Shown here piece by piece: positions 41,886 through 55,130 of a stretch of DNA of 64,000 nucleotides (position 1 is the stretch's first letter; each line of letters starts with the position of its first letter). The notes below the pieces were generated by a model. That model made no database searches. It was not told the DNA's origin and saw only the letters and a program-made list of their open reading frames with translations. Both the position numbers and the translations under genes were made by a program. The DNA is from the human T2T-CHM13v2.0 reference genome, Homo sapiens: assembly GCF_009914755.1 (NCBI RefSeq), contig NC_060929.1; one strand, given 5' to 3'.

Positions 41886-42173
41886 CTTCTGCCTCCCTTT
41901 GCTTTTGTTCCAGGATGGTTATATGACACTGGGGAAGGGACATGTGGTTCACGTCATTGGCGTCCAATCCCAATGTTTTCCACTGATATGCAAACATTTC
42001 TTTGCTCTTAGATCATGTATCCCTGTTATGTCTACAGCTGATCTGTCCATGGTTACCATTCTTCTCTAGTCACTGGACCGTGAAATTCCTTTCATGTACT
42101 GCTTGTCTTGACTATGAATGTGTTCATGTCAGGTCCACCAACTGCTCAGCTAATTCCTTGTTCTTCTTGGAAA
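41886..42173 (-). pseudogene. Exon relic (288 nt, phase 1-1)
   Basis: Acceptor tctcttcttttcctcag|, donor G|gtatcc. SKKNKELAEQLVDLT*..KEMFAYQWKTLGLDANDVNHMSLPQCHITILEQKQREAE. Confidence 0.6.
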
Positions 42174-42692
42174 CTGAGGAAAAGAAGAGACACTCTCTTA
42201 CTGCCCACTAGGTGGGTGAACAATTCAGGGTGAGTGGCTACTTTCTTAGGCCCTCTCTTTTTTTTTCCTTTCTGATTCGAATATCTCTATATCTTTGTAG
42301 CTGTATGTATGTCTAAATATGCTGTCTCCTCTATTACTGTCATATCTTTGTGTCATTGGAAGCATTTATGAGCTATGCCTAATTAGGTTCCCACCTTGTC
42401 TCCTCTCTGAAGGCCAGCATGATGTTGAAATGGGGGCTTTTGAGTGGGTGTCACCACCATCTTAAATCTCACCCGAGAAGCAAGATACAAGTCTGTTCTC
42501 TGGTGGCCACCCCCAAACCTCTTTTGGTTCTTTATGGAACCCTTTGTTCTGGGGCTCAACTTTGGGGAGAGAGCAGCAGAGATCTAGGCTCCCAGCTTCT
42601 GATCCCCAGGCCTGCCCTCTGAGTATTCCCTTCACAGCTGGCTGAATGTTTATATCTGTTCAGGTTAGAACACTGTACTCATGTCATCTTAC

Positions 42693-43250
<558 letters not shown>

Positions 43251-43299
43251 GCCTATTTTCTTTTAAAATATATCAGTGCAATGAACCGTCTTCTCTAGC

Positions 43300-44470
43300 T
43301 CTCCTTTTCTCTCTCTCCATTCTCTGTAACTTCCGGCTTCCATCATGTCTGCCTGGCCACAACTTACTTCTCTTCTCACGGCCATCCCATCATTTATTGC
43401 AGGCTTTTATTGCTTTTCTCTTTCACTACTACAAAAATCTACTGATTAGTTTCTATGTTTTCCCCTATTATAACCCCACCCCACATGGAGACTGTCCATT
43501 CATTCATTCATTCAAAAAATATTTACTCAGTATCAAAAAGTACCTAGTCCTGGGCTAGATGCTTTTGATCTAACATTGAGAGAGGGGACAGACAATCTCT
43601 CCTTAAAGGACTTGGAGTCTTTTAAGAGCGAGACTGAAAACTAAAGGATTAAAGAAGTATGGCAATAGTTATGATGGCAGAAGTACAAGGAGCAATGAGC
43701 GAACATAGCAAGGTCATCTAATCTTATCGGGGAGGCCAGGGGACACTTCCTCCAGGCAGTGATTTTTAAATATAAGCACTAAAGGATGAAGAGGATTTAG
43801 GCAGAAAGAATATTCTTGGCAGGAAATTTTTTTTTGTGAAAAGGATCAGAAATGAGAGGGCATGTGTAAGAGAAATTCCAGGTGGCGAGAGCCTAGAGCT
43901 TGAGTGTCTGGGAGTGGGACAAAGCAGAATAGGTCTGGAGAGATATCAAAGAGATTATCAAGAGTCATGCTAAGGAAATCTAGTTGTCATCTTAAGGGCA
44001 ATGGAAAGTGATTGGTGGGCTTTCAATAGGAAAATAATTTAATCATTTTGGGGGTGTAGACACATTTAGGTAGGTAGTAGATTAGAAAAAACTGAATGCA
44101 AGAAAAAGCTGAGGTCATCAAAATGAGAAATAATAACTAACTGGATTAGGGTATGGCGGTGGAAGCGAGAGATGTGGAAAGATTTGAGGCACTACTAGGT
44201 GAATAGGCAAGGGAGTTGCCTTATCATCTCACCATAATAGATTATGAACTTTTTGAGGACTGTTGATTTGTTTGACTTGTATTCATTTATTCATCCAGCA
44301 AATATTATTCATAACACTGTTAGATGGAGAGCTTATAAGGCATTGATCTCCTAGTAGGGGGGACAGAAAAGGATCTAGGAAAGTATGAAGCAGAGTAAGA
44401 GTTCTTATAGGGAGGTAAAGCAGAATCTGATGGGCTCCAGAGAGAGCCTGAGTCCAGTGGTGATGAGAAG
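43300..44470. mobile_element. L2 fragments
   Basis: cattcattcattcattcaaaaaatatttactcag, gggcaatggaaagtgattgg. Confidence 0.6.
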
Positions 44471-44759
44471 TTTACAGCACAAAACCAGTGTTTTTCAGAA
44501 ATAATGGTACATATTTACTAAATTAATTGTTCTACTTTTACAGTTCAGAACTCTCGTTCTTTTCTCAGATATTAGAAACCTTAATAAATGTTGTTTTTTC
44601 TTTTATTCTTAAAACCTATATTCTTGGTTTTTCTCCCTATTTTTGCTTACTGCTGGCAGATTTAGAGCTCGTATATATTGGGCAAGATGATGTGCTGAAG
44701 AAAGTATGTGGTTTAACCATGAAGGACTGAGTGATTTCTGTAAATTACATAAAAAAACA

Positions 44760-44995
44760 AAAATGGTAACTTGCTGCAGTGTCCTCACATGACTGAAGGG
44801 CAAGGGAAAGTGAAGGGGACCGAACCTGCTCTTTCATAATAAACACACTCCCATGATAACAGCATTACACCGTCCATGAGGACAGAGGCCTCATGGCCTA
44901 ATCACTGCTTAAAGGTCTCACCTCTTAATTCTGTTACAATTGCAATTAAATTTCAACATGAATTTTGGAGTGGACAAACATTTATACCATAGCAC
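44760..44995 (-). mobile_element. MaLR LTR fragment (MST/MLT1A)
   Basis: gtcctcacatgactgaagg ... aatttcaacatgaattttggagtggacaaacatttataccatagca. Confidence 0.8.
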
Positions 44996-45108
44996 CATCA
45001 TAACCCTGGATTAAATTCATTCGATCCACATATCTAGGAAAAGTGAGTTATTGCTGCAAAAAGTGGAGAGAAAAAACATTGCTGGGGAAAGTATCTGCCA
45101 ATGTTCAC

Positions 45109-46030
45109 CATGTTCTGGAAGAATGTTGCACTTTTAAAATGTTTTATTCAATTCTCTTATATAGTGCTCTAAAAATCAATTTAGAGATTTATAATCAAAA
45201 GCAAAGTAAGATTTTAGAGAATTGGCTTTCTCCATTGTGCACCCTTCCTTTTGAACCACTCCTAAGCTAGAGCGAATTGAGTGAACTTTGAAACCGATTT
45301 GTATTGACACAGTAATCCCCCTGTGAGGTAATTGGCTTTCCAGACTCTGCAAGTTGGAGTCAGAGATGCTGCTTAGGAACTTCTGGGCACTGACTCTGCA
45401 TTTTTTCCACAGGAAATGATGCTATCATATGACCATGTCACTGTTGAATGGGTCCAATATTTGTAAACATCTCCTTAAGTGGAAGCATTCATTGTAGAGG
45501 ATGCATAAAAGCCTTCTGAATAGTAATGCTGGCTCCATTTAGAAATGTTTCTCAAATCTCTTATGACCCTACCTAGTTTAGTCAACATTACTAGCAGATG
45601 CACACACTCCATAAAGATTTCAAGGAACCAAGGAACATTGCATGGACATATGTTGCAGTTACTTCTTTTTGTGGTTGTTGCTTTTCCCCAGGTTTCTCTA
45701 TTCATTACTCTAATTGTCTCTGATGGAGTCTAGATTCAGCTATACAGAAGGCCCTGTTGTGCTGAATCCCTTGATAGATTTGGATATGCAGCTCTGTGGA
45801 TACAAGCTGGGGGCACTGAATTGCTTTGCATAATGGAGGAAAAAGTATGTGGACCAGAGGATCCAACAGGAAGGGAGTAGAGCCTGGGTAATGGTAAACC
45901 ACGTTCTCCATAATGTTTTTCTCTTTGTGGCCCACCAATCTTCAGCAACATTGATTAAAACTCATGAAATCACTGGTGAGAGTGGATTGCTTTTGGAACC
46001 CAGAAAATAGGTTGCATTTCCCCTCTAGTT
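45109..46030 (-). pseudogene. Candidate large exon relic
   Basis: ORFs 45736..45951 and 45475..45705 share one minus frame; donor G|gtgaac at 45108; acceptor unclear. Confidence 0.4.
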
Positions 46031-46579
46031 TTATCCAATACAGTAGAGAAAAAAGCATCCAGTGAATAAAATGCTTAGAAAGCAGAGCTGTGGAATTTGC
46101 AGCAAATCTTGGGAATGAGCTTGTTGAACTTGGACAGACCTAGGAGTCCTAAGGACTGTACAAACGGTGCCAGGCTACCTAGGGGGCAGTGGTCTCACCC
46201 AGGCTGTATATGTATATAAATGCAGTTCAAGTATTTCCATTTATTTTTGTAAGAAGATGAAGCATTTTCTCCACAATCTTGTAGAGACTATGAATTTACT
46301 TAACAAACCATTTATACAAAGTTGAGCTCCACTAATTCTGGAGTTAAACCTGATCAAAACACTGGAAACACTGTGATAAGTTTAACCTCAGAGGGGTTTT
46401 TTGGGGACTTCAGTAGATATTAGCTAATGACTCTGAGAGTTTAAGTTTCAGTGCTGCCCTAATTACAACCACTATGGAAAATTGGTTGCAAAGCAAAATA
46501 TATACATATTCTACAATTCAACAATTTCACTCTTGGGTGTATACTCAACAGAAACGTTTGTATACATTTACCAAAAGAC

Positions 46580-46812
46580 GTGTTAGAATATAATTATTTT
46601 AGAAAAATCTTCTAGAATAATATACTCTAGAAAAATCTTCTGGAATAATATAGTTACTCTAGAATAATCTTCTAGACTAATATCCTCTAGAATAATCTTC
46701 TAGACTAATATAGTTAAGCTAGAATAATCTTGTAGAATAATATAGTTACTCTAGAATAATCTTCTAGAATAATATAGTTATTCTAGAAATATTATTTATA
46801 GAAGTATTATTC
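46580..46812. repeat. Degenerate 28-32-bp minisatellite rich in TCTAGA
   Basis: Unit ctagaataatcttctagaataatatagttact, about 6-7 copies. Confidence 0.85.
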
Positions 46813-47150
46813 TTAATTGCAAAAACTAGAAACAATACTAATGTGCATTTTCAATAGATGGACAAATGAGCTGTGATATTGTTATACAATGAAGTACCAC
46901 AAAGCAATGACAAAGAATGATCTATATCTACATGAATCTTACAATGATGAATGACTCACAATGGGATCTCACAATGACTTCATGTATATAAATTTCTGAA
47001 ACTGGCAAAACTAATAGTTATCCTGGAAGTGGTAGCTGTGATAAGAAGAGGCATGTGGGGACTTCTGGGCTGCTGCTAATTTCTTGATTTAGGGGATGGC
47101 TATTTCACTTTAGGAAAATGCACTGAACTATATACTTATGACACATACAC

Positions 47151-47660
47151 TGTAGTGAATTGAATGTTGGTCCCTATAAATATATAGGTCCATGTCATAT
47201 CTTGGAATCTGTGAACATTACCCCATTTGGAAAAAGAGTCTTTGCAGATGTAATCATATTAAAGATCTTCAGATGAGGAGATCATTTTGTATTATTTGGG
47301 TGGGCCCTAAGTTCAGTGATAATTGTCCTTATAAAAGACACAAAGAGGAGAGACACACAGATAGAATAGGAGGCAGAGTGGAGGGTCCACAGGCTAATAC
47401 ACAGAGAAGACAGCAGTGTGAAGATGGAGGCGGAGATTGGAGTGAGGTGCCCACAAACGAAGGAATGCTTGGAACCACCAGAAGCCAGGAGAGAGGCGTG
47501 AAATGAATTCTCATTGGGAAAGCATCTTGAGGGACTGTGGCAATGCCAGGTCCTTGATTTAGAACTTCTGGCCTCCAGCAGTGTGAGGGAATACATTTCT
47601 ATAGCTTTAAGTCACCAAGTTTGTGGTAACTTGTTTCAGCAGCCCTAGGAAACTAAGACA
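47151..47660 (+). mobile_element. MLT1C/D (MaLR) solo LTR
   Basis: TG..CA ends; gtctttgcagatgtaat; 5-bp TSD tacac. Confidence 0.9.
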
Positions 47661-47787
47661 TACACATTTCTGTATATGTTCTATATTTCAGTAGAGTTTA
47701 CATGAGAGGGCTACCCTGCATCTAACAAGTGGTTGACAAGGATATAAAGATCATTTTAACTTGATCTATTTTAGATATTTTACTTAC

Positions 47788-48032
47788 CTACAATAAAGAA
47801 GCATAGGAGCTTAAACTTGTGTACATGCATATGCATTTTCTGTCCTTTTGGGAAGAAGAATCCAGTCTTGCTTACCCAAGGCCTGTTGGCAAGTGCCACA
47901 CAGGATTCTGCCCTCCGTGTGGAACTGGCTTGCCCTAGCCTCTCTTGGTCTCCACTTATTATGTGTAATGTTCTTAACAAAACTACATATAACTTTCTGT
48001 ATGCCACTTGCAGTCTCTTTCATTATTAATTC
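47788..48032 (-). pseudogene. Exon relic resembling an RGS22 N-terminal motif
   Basis: Acceptor ccctttatacag|, donor G|gtaagt. ELIMKETASGIQKVICSFVKN, frameshift, RPWVSKTGFFFPKGQKMHMHVHKFKLLCFF. Confidence 0.6.
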
Positions 48033-48159
48033 CTGTATAAAGGGCAAGTTTAATTTTTAGAAACTCCTGAAAAAAGCCTAGGGCACTAGGAGACCCAGCT
48101 TTTACATGGTATTGTACATAAAGATGCGTAGATCAGCATCCCCAAATGACTAAACATAC

Positions 48160-48518
48160 CTGCAATCTTTACTTAAATTTGTTGGAAAACATTTAAATAT
48201 ATCAAATTTTTAACTCATTGCAATCGCTTTTTAAAAATCTTTCCTCTTTTTCTAACTTATCTCTTACACTTAGGCACCCAGAAGCTTCTCTCTAGGCAAC
48301 ATTCTTCATCAAATCTCTACCCAACACCCTTTTCCAAATTTAGCTCAAAAGACTTACTTTACTTCCTCTTTGCTTTTGCCTATGATTTCTCTATTCTCCC
48401 CTGAACTAACCTTGATTTTTTCCTTTGCAAATTTCCTTCTTTGCTTCTCCAGTTCTTGCTTTCTCTCTTGTCTTCCCCATCAAGCTTCAAGACTTGAATT
48501 CACAAATTCAGCTTCTGT
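48160..48518 (-). pseudogene. Exon relic, charged and helix-like
   Basis: Long pyrimidine tract + aag|, donor CAG|gtatgt. EAEFVNSSLEA*WGRQERKQELEKQRRKFAKEKIK; later LEKEERFLKSD and LIYLNVF. Confidence 0.5.
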
Positions 48519-49206
48519 CTTGGGAGGCAAAGATGAGGGCAGTGGAAAAAGTGGAAAAAGAAAGCTGTTATTTAGGTGGTGAAGGTGGGGAGACAGTTGG
48601 GGAGAAATGAGAAAGAGATTGCAAAGACTTAAAAACTTCTAACTTAATTCACATCATATTAATATCACTTAAGATGACAAAGACTTGTGGTGGCTAAGGC
48701 TCAAACTGGCCCAGGACAATTCTTTCATTGATTTTAACATTTTTTTTCCTCTAGAGTGCACGCAAGATGAAACTCAGCTTCTATCTTGATAGAAGTGAAC
48801 AGGAACATAAATACTGTTTTTCAAGAACCAGGCACTGCCATGGATATTTTACCTATTTAATAGTCACAGCAACCTGGTGGTTATGAAATTCTTAATTTCA
48901 GTTTTACAAATAAGGATCCAAAGTAACAGAAAATTTAAGGTCACGTGGCTAAAATTTATCAGGCCGAGACTCCACACAAGATTGTCTGCCTTCAAAGCCC
49001 AAGGCTGCTCAGGGGTTTAATCATGATTCAGTAATATCTTTGAGCACCCACTGGGTCATCAGGCACAGTGTTGGATGTAGAAACATAGAGATAGAAGATA
49101 TAGTTTCTGGCTTGAAGGAACTGCAGTGCTCAAATTTCCACTACAGCTCCCAGATTCTATTACATGGTTCTACTTCTTTTTCAAAGGATCACATTTGGAA
49201 TTGTAC

Positions 49207-49278
49207 CTTATGGTTTTGCATATTTCCTTTCGTGACTTGTAATAAATCACAGGAATAGAAATTTCTTCTATAGTTGCT
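49207..49278 (-). pseudogene. Possible short exon relic
   Basis: Acceptor gttaaacag|, donor AG|gtacaa. ATIEEISIPVIYYKSRKEICKTI. Confidence 0.35.
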
Positions 49279-49669
49279 CTGTTTAACACATAGCATTTAA
49301 AAATCAATTGGATATTTCATAAACAATAATATTGAAGAACTTTTTATTGACTCATCACTGAGCTAGATGTTGTGCCATGGTTAATCCAGGGGAGAATTAG
49401 ACACACTCTGACCCTTAAGCTGTTTGCTGTCTAGGGAGGAAGATAGCTGTGATGGAGTTCTGACAGCTAAAAGTAGTTAGAAGCTTAGAGCAGATGTAAA
49501 CATCTTGCTCCAAGGAACCAGGTGTGATGAACAGGGAAACTATTGAATAATTTCATATTTGTTCTGTTGGTAGCATTTATAGACAGTAGGTAGCTTATAT
49601 TGTAGTTATATAGACTAATTTGGAGAGAAAACAGAGTATTCATTGAGATTTGGGTGGTAAATATCTATT

Positions 49670-49902
49670 TCTCATGTTGGAAAAACCCATGAATTTTGAT
49701 CTATTTTTATTTGCAATTTTCGCCTTGAAAAGTAAGTTTGCCTTAAATGTGGAAACTGGCCTTTCATGAAGCCATCCTTTCATATCCAATTTTCCAGTTG
49801 AACTGATCATTTATGTTTCAGACCTTTTACATGAGTTTGAGGGGAAGCAATGATCGTAAAAAGGATACCAAGACAGAAACCATAAGAAGGTCACGCTAAA
49901 AA
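49670..49902 (-). pseudogene. Exon relic
   Basis: Acceptor gtctgcttttag|. GKLDMKGWLHERPVSTFKANLLFKAKIANK. Confidence 0.4.
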
Positions 49903-50099
49903 CTAAAAGCAGACAACAGAGATAGATGGGTTTATTTCTCCTCATTTTTTCAAACACCTGGTCCACTATTGCTTAGAGTTTCAGGCAAACAAGGCTTGAT
50001 TTTCTGAGAATGTGATCACAACAAGGACGATATTGTGTGTTCTTATGAAATGGTTTTTTGCACTAGGTACTTGATCGAGAATGGTTCAATGAATAGAAA

Positions 50100-50830
50100 C
50101 ATTCTCTGTATTTTTTAACACAAGTAATACATGAATAAGTTCTTGATGAAAAAGTTTGTAATTTTCTTTTTAATAGCCTCTTCTCTACCTGTATATTCCC
50201 TTCCTTGTATTCATATAAATATAAAGAGTCTCATCCTTCTGAACTTTTTTATATAGATTGATTTATTTATAGATACATACCTACATAGTATATAGTTTTA
50301 AATTATTTTTGTATACATAGGATTAAGCTGTTTTCTACTTGCTTTTTTTTCTGTTAACAGTATGACCTGGAAAAGTTTTCATGACTGTTTATAGATTTTC
50401 CATGCTCCTTTAAACTACTGGGTAATATTCTATACTATGCATATAACATAATTATTTTTAACCATGCCTTACAGATGAACAACTGAGGTTCTAATTTTTT
50501 GATGTTATACACTGTTTGATAATGGGTTTTCTCATATGTGCCTCTTTAGGAACAAGTGGAAGTATTTCTGTAAGATAGCACTTCATTGCAGAATTGTAAT
50601 AAATACCAGCAAATTTCACTCTTGAATGCTGAACTAATTTCACGCCTCTTAATAATGTATTAGTGTCTCTATTACCTAGATCTTTTCCAACACTATGTAT
50701 TATTATTTAAAAATTTGTCAAGGTGATAAGTGAAAAATAATCCCTTATGTTTTAATTTGAATTTCTCTGCTTACTAAAAGTTTGAGGGAAATTCTCATAT
50801 GTATATTAGCTATTTTGCCTTTTATTCAGG
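50100..50830 (-). mobile_element. Old L1ME fragment
   Basis: Antisense L1 3' text: tttaatttgaatttctctgcttactaaaagtttgag. Confidence 0.6.
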
Positions 50831-50839
50831 AATTACCAG

Positions 50840-51638
50840 TGTCTGGCTTGGGGGAAAGCCCTGCTCAGATTTTTATATGAAATTCTTGAGAAGACTATAT
50901 CCAAATTGTGAGAAGACTGAATGCTAATGTGATTAAATTTCAGCTTTACTTGGTAATTTCTAAATTTTGAAATAAGTTATTTGTTGATATCCAAGGCTGT
51001 TTATCAGAATCACCACTTTTTCTTTGACTTTGCTTCTTTGGGGACCATTCTCACATATTCACCTTCACATCTGAAAATTTTTTTTGTGCCTAGAATCTGA
51101 TTCATTTGCAGTAGAAGACACATCGATAACTACCAGCTCTCCTAGTTCGTAACCCATGTCTGTCACAGGCTTTCTTGATACAAATTTAAGATCTATCCTC
51201 TCCTTTATTCCCTAGACATCTAGCGGGAGAATGAGCTAGCCCAAACTGCTTCCCTGCTTCTCCCTGCTTCTCCCTGCTTCTTCCTGCCACCTGGCTCCTC
51301 GTCTCACCTCTGAGAAGCTCCACCTGGGATCTCTACCATTTCCTGGGTGTCCAGCAGTTAGAACTCCAGGCCTAGCAGGGCATGGTGGTATATGCCTGTA
51401 GCCCCAGCTACTCGGCTGGCTAAGCTGGAGGATCACTTGAGCCCAGGAGTTCAAGGCTGCAGTGAGCTCAGGCACTGCACTCCAGCCTGGGAGACAGAGT
51501 GAGATTCTGTTTCTAAAATATAAAAAAAAAAAATTTTAAAGAAAAAAAAAAGAACTCCAGGCCTAGGTTCTCCCAATGGGACGATGTTGCCAACACAAAA
51601 GTGGTTTCATGGAGGCAAATTAAAGGAAATTATCAACC
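50840..51638 (-). pseudogene. Exon relic, possibly split by an Alu monomer
   Basis: 48 open codons, GIKERIDLKFVSRKPVTDMGYELGELVVIDVSSTANESDSRHKKNFQM. A frame reads through the empty Alu site (WENLGLEF*LLDTQEMVEIPGG). Confidence 0.4.
51375..51550 (+). mobile_element. Alu monomer (FRAM/FLAM or AluJ-type)
   Basis: ggaggatcacttgagcccaggagttcaaggctgcagtgagc; 16-bp TSD agaactccaggcctag. Confidence 0.9.
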
Positions 51639-51889
51639 TAAAACTGGACCTTGAATAAGACTTTGAAGGTTCCAAGGGGAAAAAGAAAGAAAATTTGAAC
51701 TTTTCATCCAAAGATACCTAAGTTCCTAGTATTGCCTCTCTCGTGCTCCTCCCTTCGTCCCCGGCCACAGGGAAAAGGCATCTCTCCAGCCATGAAGTGA
51801 TGTTGTAGAGTGGTGAAGAGCAGGAAGTGTGGAGCCAGGTGTCTGGGGTGGCTTAGCGCTTCTGTCACATTTTAGCTGTGGGCATGGCA

Positions 51890-52275
51890 GCTCCAACATG
51901 GCACCCACTGATCCTCCAGCCCCAGTTAAGTGTTCCAGTGGCTACAGCTCTAGGTGATATCTGACATCTTATGAGAGATTCTGACTCAGGATCCCCTAGC
52001 CACACTGCTCTCGAATATCCAACCCACAGAAACCATGAAATATATAAATAAATTATTATTATTGGTTTAAGCGACTACGTTTTGAGGGATTTGTTATGTA
52101 ACATTCAATAATCACTACCAGCCATGTGACCTTGGGCAGCATCCATATGGGCAAGTTGGTGATAATAGCACCTTCTTTATAGGATTGTTGAGAGGATTAA
52201 ATGAGTCATATATGTCATGTGCATACGTTTGTATTGATACATAGAAAGGCTACGTATTTGCTAACTATTAGCTAT
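51890..52275. mobile_element. MLT1 LTR fragment followed by MIR
   Basis: aacccacagaaaccatga..ttaagcgactacgttttgagggatttgttatg; then tgtgaccttgggca..gttgagaggattaaatgag. Confidence 0.7.
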
Positions 52276-52859
52276 TTTTTGGCATGTCTGTCTACACCAT
52301 ATCAGACCTTTTTAAGGAAATCTAATTCCCAGGTCTGGCCCAGGAACCCAGTCCTTCCATCTCCTTTGACCAGGACACTATAGACCACAGCAGCTCATTC
52401 CCTGGAGTTTGAGTCAAGTGGACTAGAAAAGGACCATGCTTATTTGTCTGAAAAATATATATATATAATTTATCCCTAAAGATATTACAGTGTAAATCCC
52501 CATTTTCCAAAAGACAATTTATCTACTGTGAATTCTAGTACTTCACAGCACTCAACAGGTCCCCGTTTCTCATCTGTTTACTTTGTTCAAGTGCTTTCCC
52601 AAACAGAAGAGCTTCCTATTCCTAATCCTCACCTATGAAATGTGCATCCTGAGCTTTCAAGGTTTAGATGTGGAAAAGAGAAGATGACAAGCTCTCAACT
52701 GGCAGAAGAATGTTATGGAGAGGTGGTTGGTTCTTTTTTGTTCTCGATATCCATTTGTCTCACTTTTAGAGATATTGGGCCCCTGCCTGTTTGACAGAGG
52801 ATGAGATCATAAAGGTCATTTAGCCCAACCTCTCATTTTGGAGATGCAGCTCTCAAGTT

Positions 52860-54030
52860 ATCTGTTCTCTGTGGTAGTTACTGAATATCAAGTCCAAAAA
52901 AGTCCCTTGAGCCTGAGTTCCTTTCAGCACACACTAAACCTTTCCTTTTGTACTGTGCAGTGAGTGGACAAGAAGAGTTTCCATTGATCATTGTACCTTG
53001 GATATCTTCTCCATTCTTTGCACAACAGCTTTCTTGTCTATTCCATCCCTAGACTCAGGAAAGAGTTAGGAAAAAGGTTGGCGTCTCCATCTCTCCTATT
53101 TCCTAGAAGTATTGTTGACTCATAGGATGCTTTCCAATTTTATGTCCAGTGTATTTTGAAATACTTCAAAGCCAAAGAGGCTCTTGTTGCTAACTTATTT
53201 CTGGAATAGCCCTTCGTGGTTATGGAATGTTCCCTGGACTTGAAAATATTGCCTTACCCAGAGACTTCTTTTCTTCCATTTGTAAACACTGGTGGAGAAG
53301 GTGATTTGTCACATAACCCTACAATTTCCAGGTGTTTTGTCTTCCGATTTATGGGCAAGTTCTCAAAGTGGCTAATTAGTGGATCCTCCATCCTGTGGCT
53401 CTGCTTGGTGTGTAAAAACATAAGGCATAGTTACTAGGCTCCAAATGGGATTTCCACAATTATTAGGGGGACTGTAAGGAAACATCTCTCTGAGAAAACT
53501 AGCAGAAACTTGTCTTTGCTGGAAACAATAGTCTTCATCTGGCCTCAGAGTTTTCAGCCAAAGAAAAAAGATGGGAGTTGGATATGCTGGGGTGGAAGGG
53601 GAGAAGCATTTAGACAGTCCATTAACAATCAGAGCCGCAGTACAAACATGGGAGGTTTGCCTGAGTGTAGGGAAGCAGCAAATGTAAGAAGCAATGAAAC
53701 AAATTAGCAACAGAAGCACCAGCTCTGCCTCTCCTTTGTGGCATTATTATTTAAAGTTCAAATGTCTTTGATACGATTAAATTAATCTTTTTTTAGGATC
53801 CCGCCACATTTGAAGAACCACAAAAGGAGGCTGAGTGAGCTGAAAGAAATACACAAGTGGATCAGCAACATGACAGCTGCTGCAGTGAAATCTGGATTGT
53901 AATATGTCAGTTTCCAACCCGTCACATATAATCCAGACAGAGACATAGCTTTTTGTCTGCCTCGTTGTGATTTCCCTGTCTGGTGCGGTTTGGGTCACAT
54001 CTGTTGGCTGCATTCTCATCTTCATGAGAT
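52860..54030 (-). pseudogene. Large exon relic
   Basis: Acceptor aatgcag|. ORFs 53777..54025 and 53372..53719 share one frame (about 220 codons, 3 internal stops), then a second sparse-stop frame (MEDPLISHFENLPINRKTKHLE..). Confidence 0.55.
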
Positions 54031-54279
54031 CTGCATTGACTGATAGTTTAAACCCTATGTTTATCTATGTCTGCGGCTCTTATTTCTCTCACAGGGAAGT
54101 CTCCAGAGAAGCCCAGTATCCCCTGATGTGAGAATCTTGCTTGGTTTTATTAATCAACAGCCAGTGCCCACATTCAGGCAGTTCTGTATGTTTCATGCTA
54201 GGATATTGGGTGTGTTTGTTACATATGTCTTTCAACATTTATTATATCAGAAAAAATTTGATAAAAACATAAACCTACT

Positions 54280-54748
54280 TCCTGAATATATCACACTGAT
54301 TTAAAACAGAACTTCTCACGATGAACAACCCAAGCTCACTGTTTCTTTGACTTTTGCATATTTTCTACTCGTGCATTATTCTGTCATTTCATGATAAAAT
54401 GATTGAAAAACACTGCTTTAACCCTCCAAACTTGGCTAGTGGCTATATAAGGATTTAAACTTCAGCATGCCTGTCTATGCTCAAGCCTTGGAAATCCTTT
54501 TGCATTTCAACCATTGCTAATGTTTCATATCTGCACATTGAATCTAACCCTTGATTTCTTTTGTAGACATATGTAATCTGAAGGCATGCAACATTTTGCA
54601 AATGTTGGCCCATATTTTTATTTCATAAGGTCTTATTTGGTCTGTCGACCAAGTTTTGATTACTTCCATATTGCTCTTAATTGCCTTAATATCCCCAAAG
54701 ACTTTCCTATTCTGTGCATCCCTTTATCTTTGCTTCTTTTATCTCTTG
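54280..54748 (-). pseudogene. Exon relic, RGS-box-like start
   Basis: Acceptor gtactctcacag|. KVFGDIKAIKSNMEVIKTWSTDQIRPYEIKIWANICKMLHAFRLHMSTKEIKG*IQCADMKH. Confidence 0.45.
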
Positions 54749-55034
54749 CTGTGAGAGTACAAAATTGCTGACATATTCAATGTATTTAAATTCTGAGTGT
54801 TGCAGAAGAGTTTTCAAATCTGTTTTAATTTTCTGATACTCAGCTGAGGACCATTACACATTCTGTTCAGCTAATCTGTTTTTAATCATATCTGTAAATG
54901 CTAAAGTTGTACATGAGAGAAATGATGCATAAAGTAAAACCAGACCAAGTGTACTTTCGCATATGTAAAACTAAATTCTTACTTTCTTCCGCTTACAAGT
55001 TTTATTTTCCTATAGTCGTGTAGTCTTGACTTAC

Positions 55035-55130
55035 ACCAGAATTTATCTGCCAAGAGTTTATGGTACTGTAGTGAAAAAATCCCGACTTTTTCATGTTTAA
55101 AATATTTATCGATTAGTACTTATCCCCTTG
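55035..55130 (-). pseudogene. Exon relic (phase 1-1)
   Basis: Donor T|gtaagt. RG*VLIDKYFKHEKVGIFSLQYHKLLADKFW. Confidence 0.5.

Larger units (their letters stand above)
46460..47710 (+). mobile_element. L1M 3' fragment hosting a minisatellite and an LTR
   Basis: acaaccactatggaaaattggttgca..caatttcactcttgggtgtatactcaacagaaacg. Confidence 0.7.

Noticed and set aside
53891-53937. Hairpin tctggatt...aatccaga
   Set aside because: Stem too short and imperfect for a pre-miRNA; falls within the putative coding relic.
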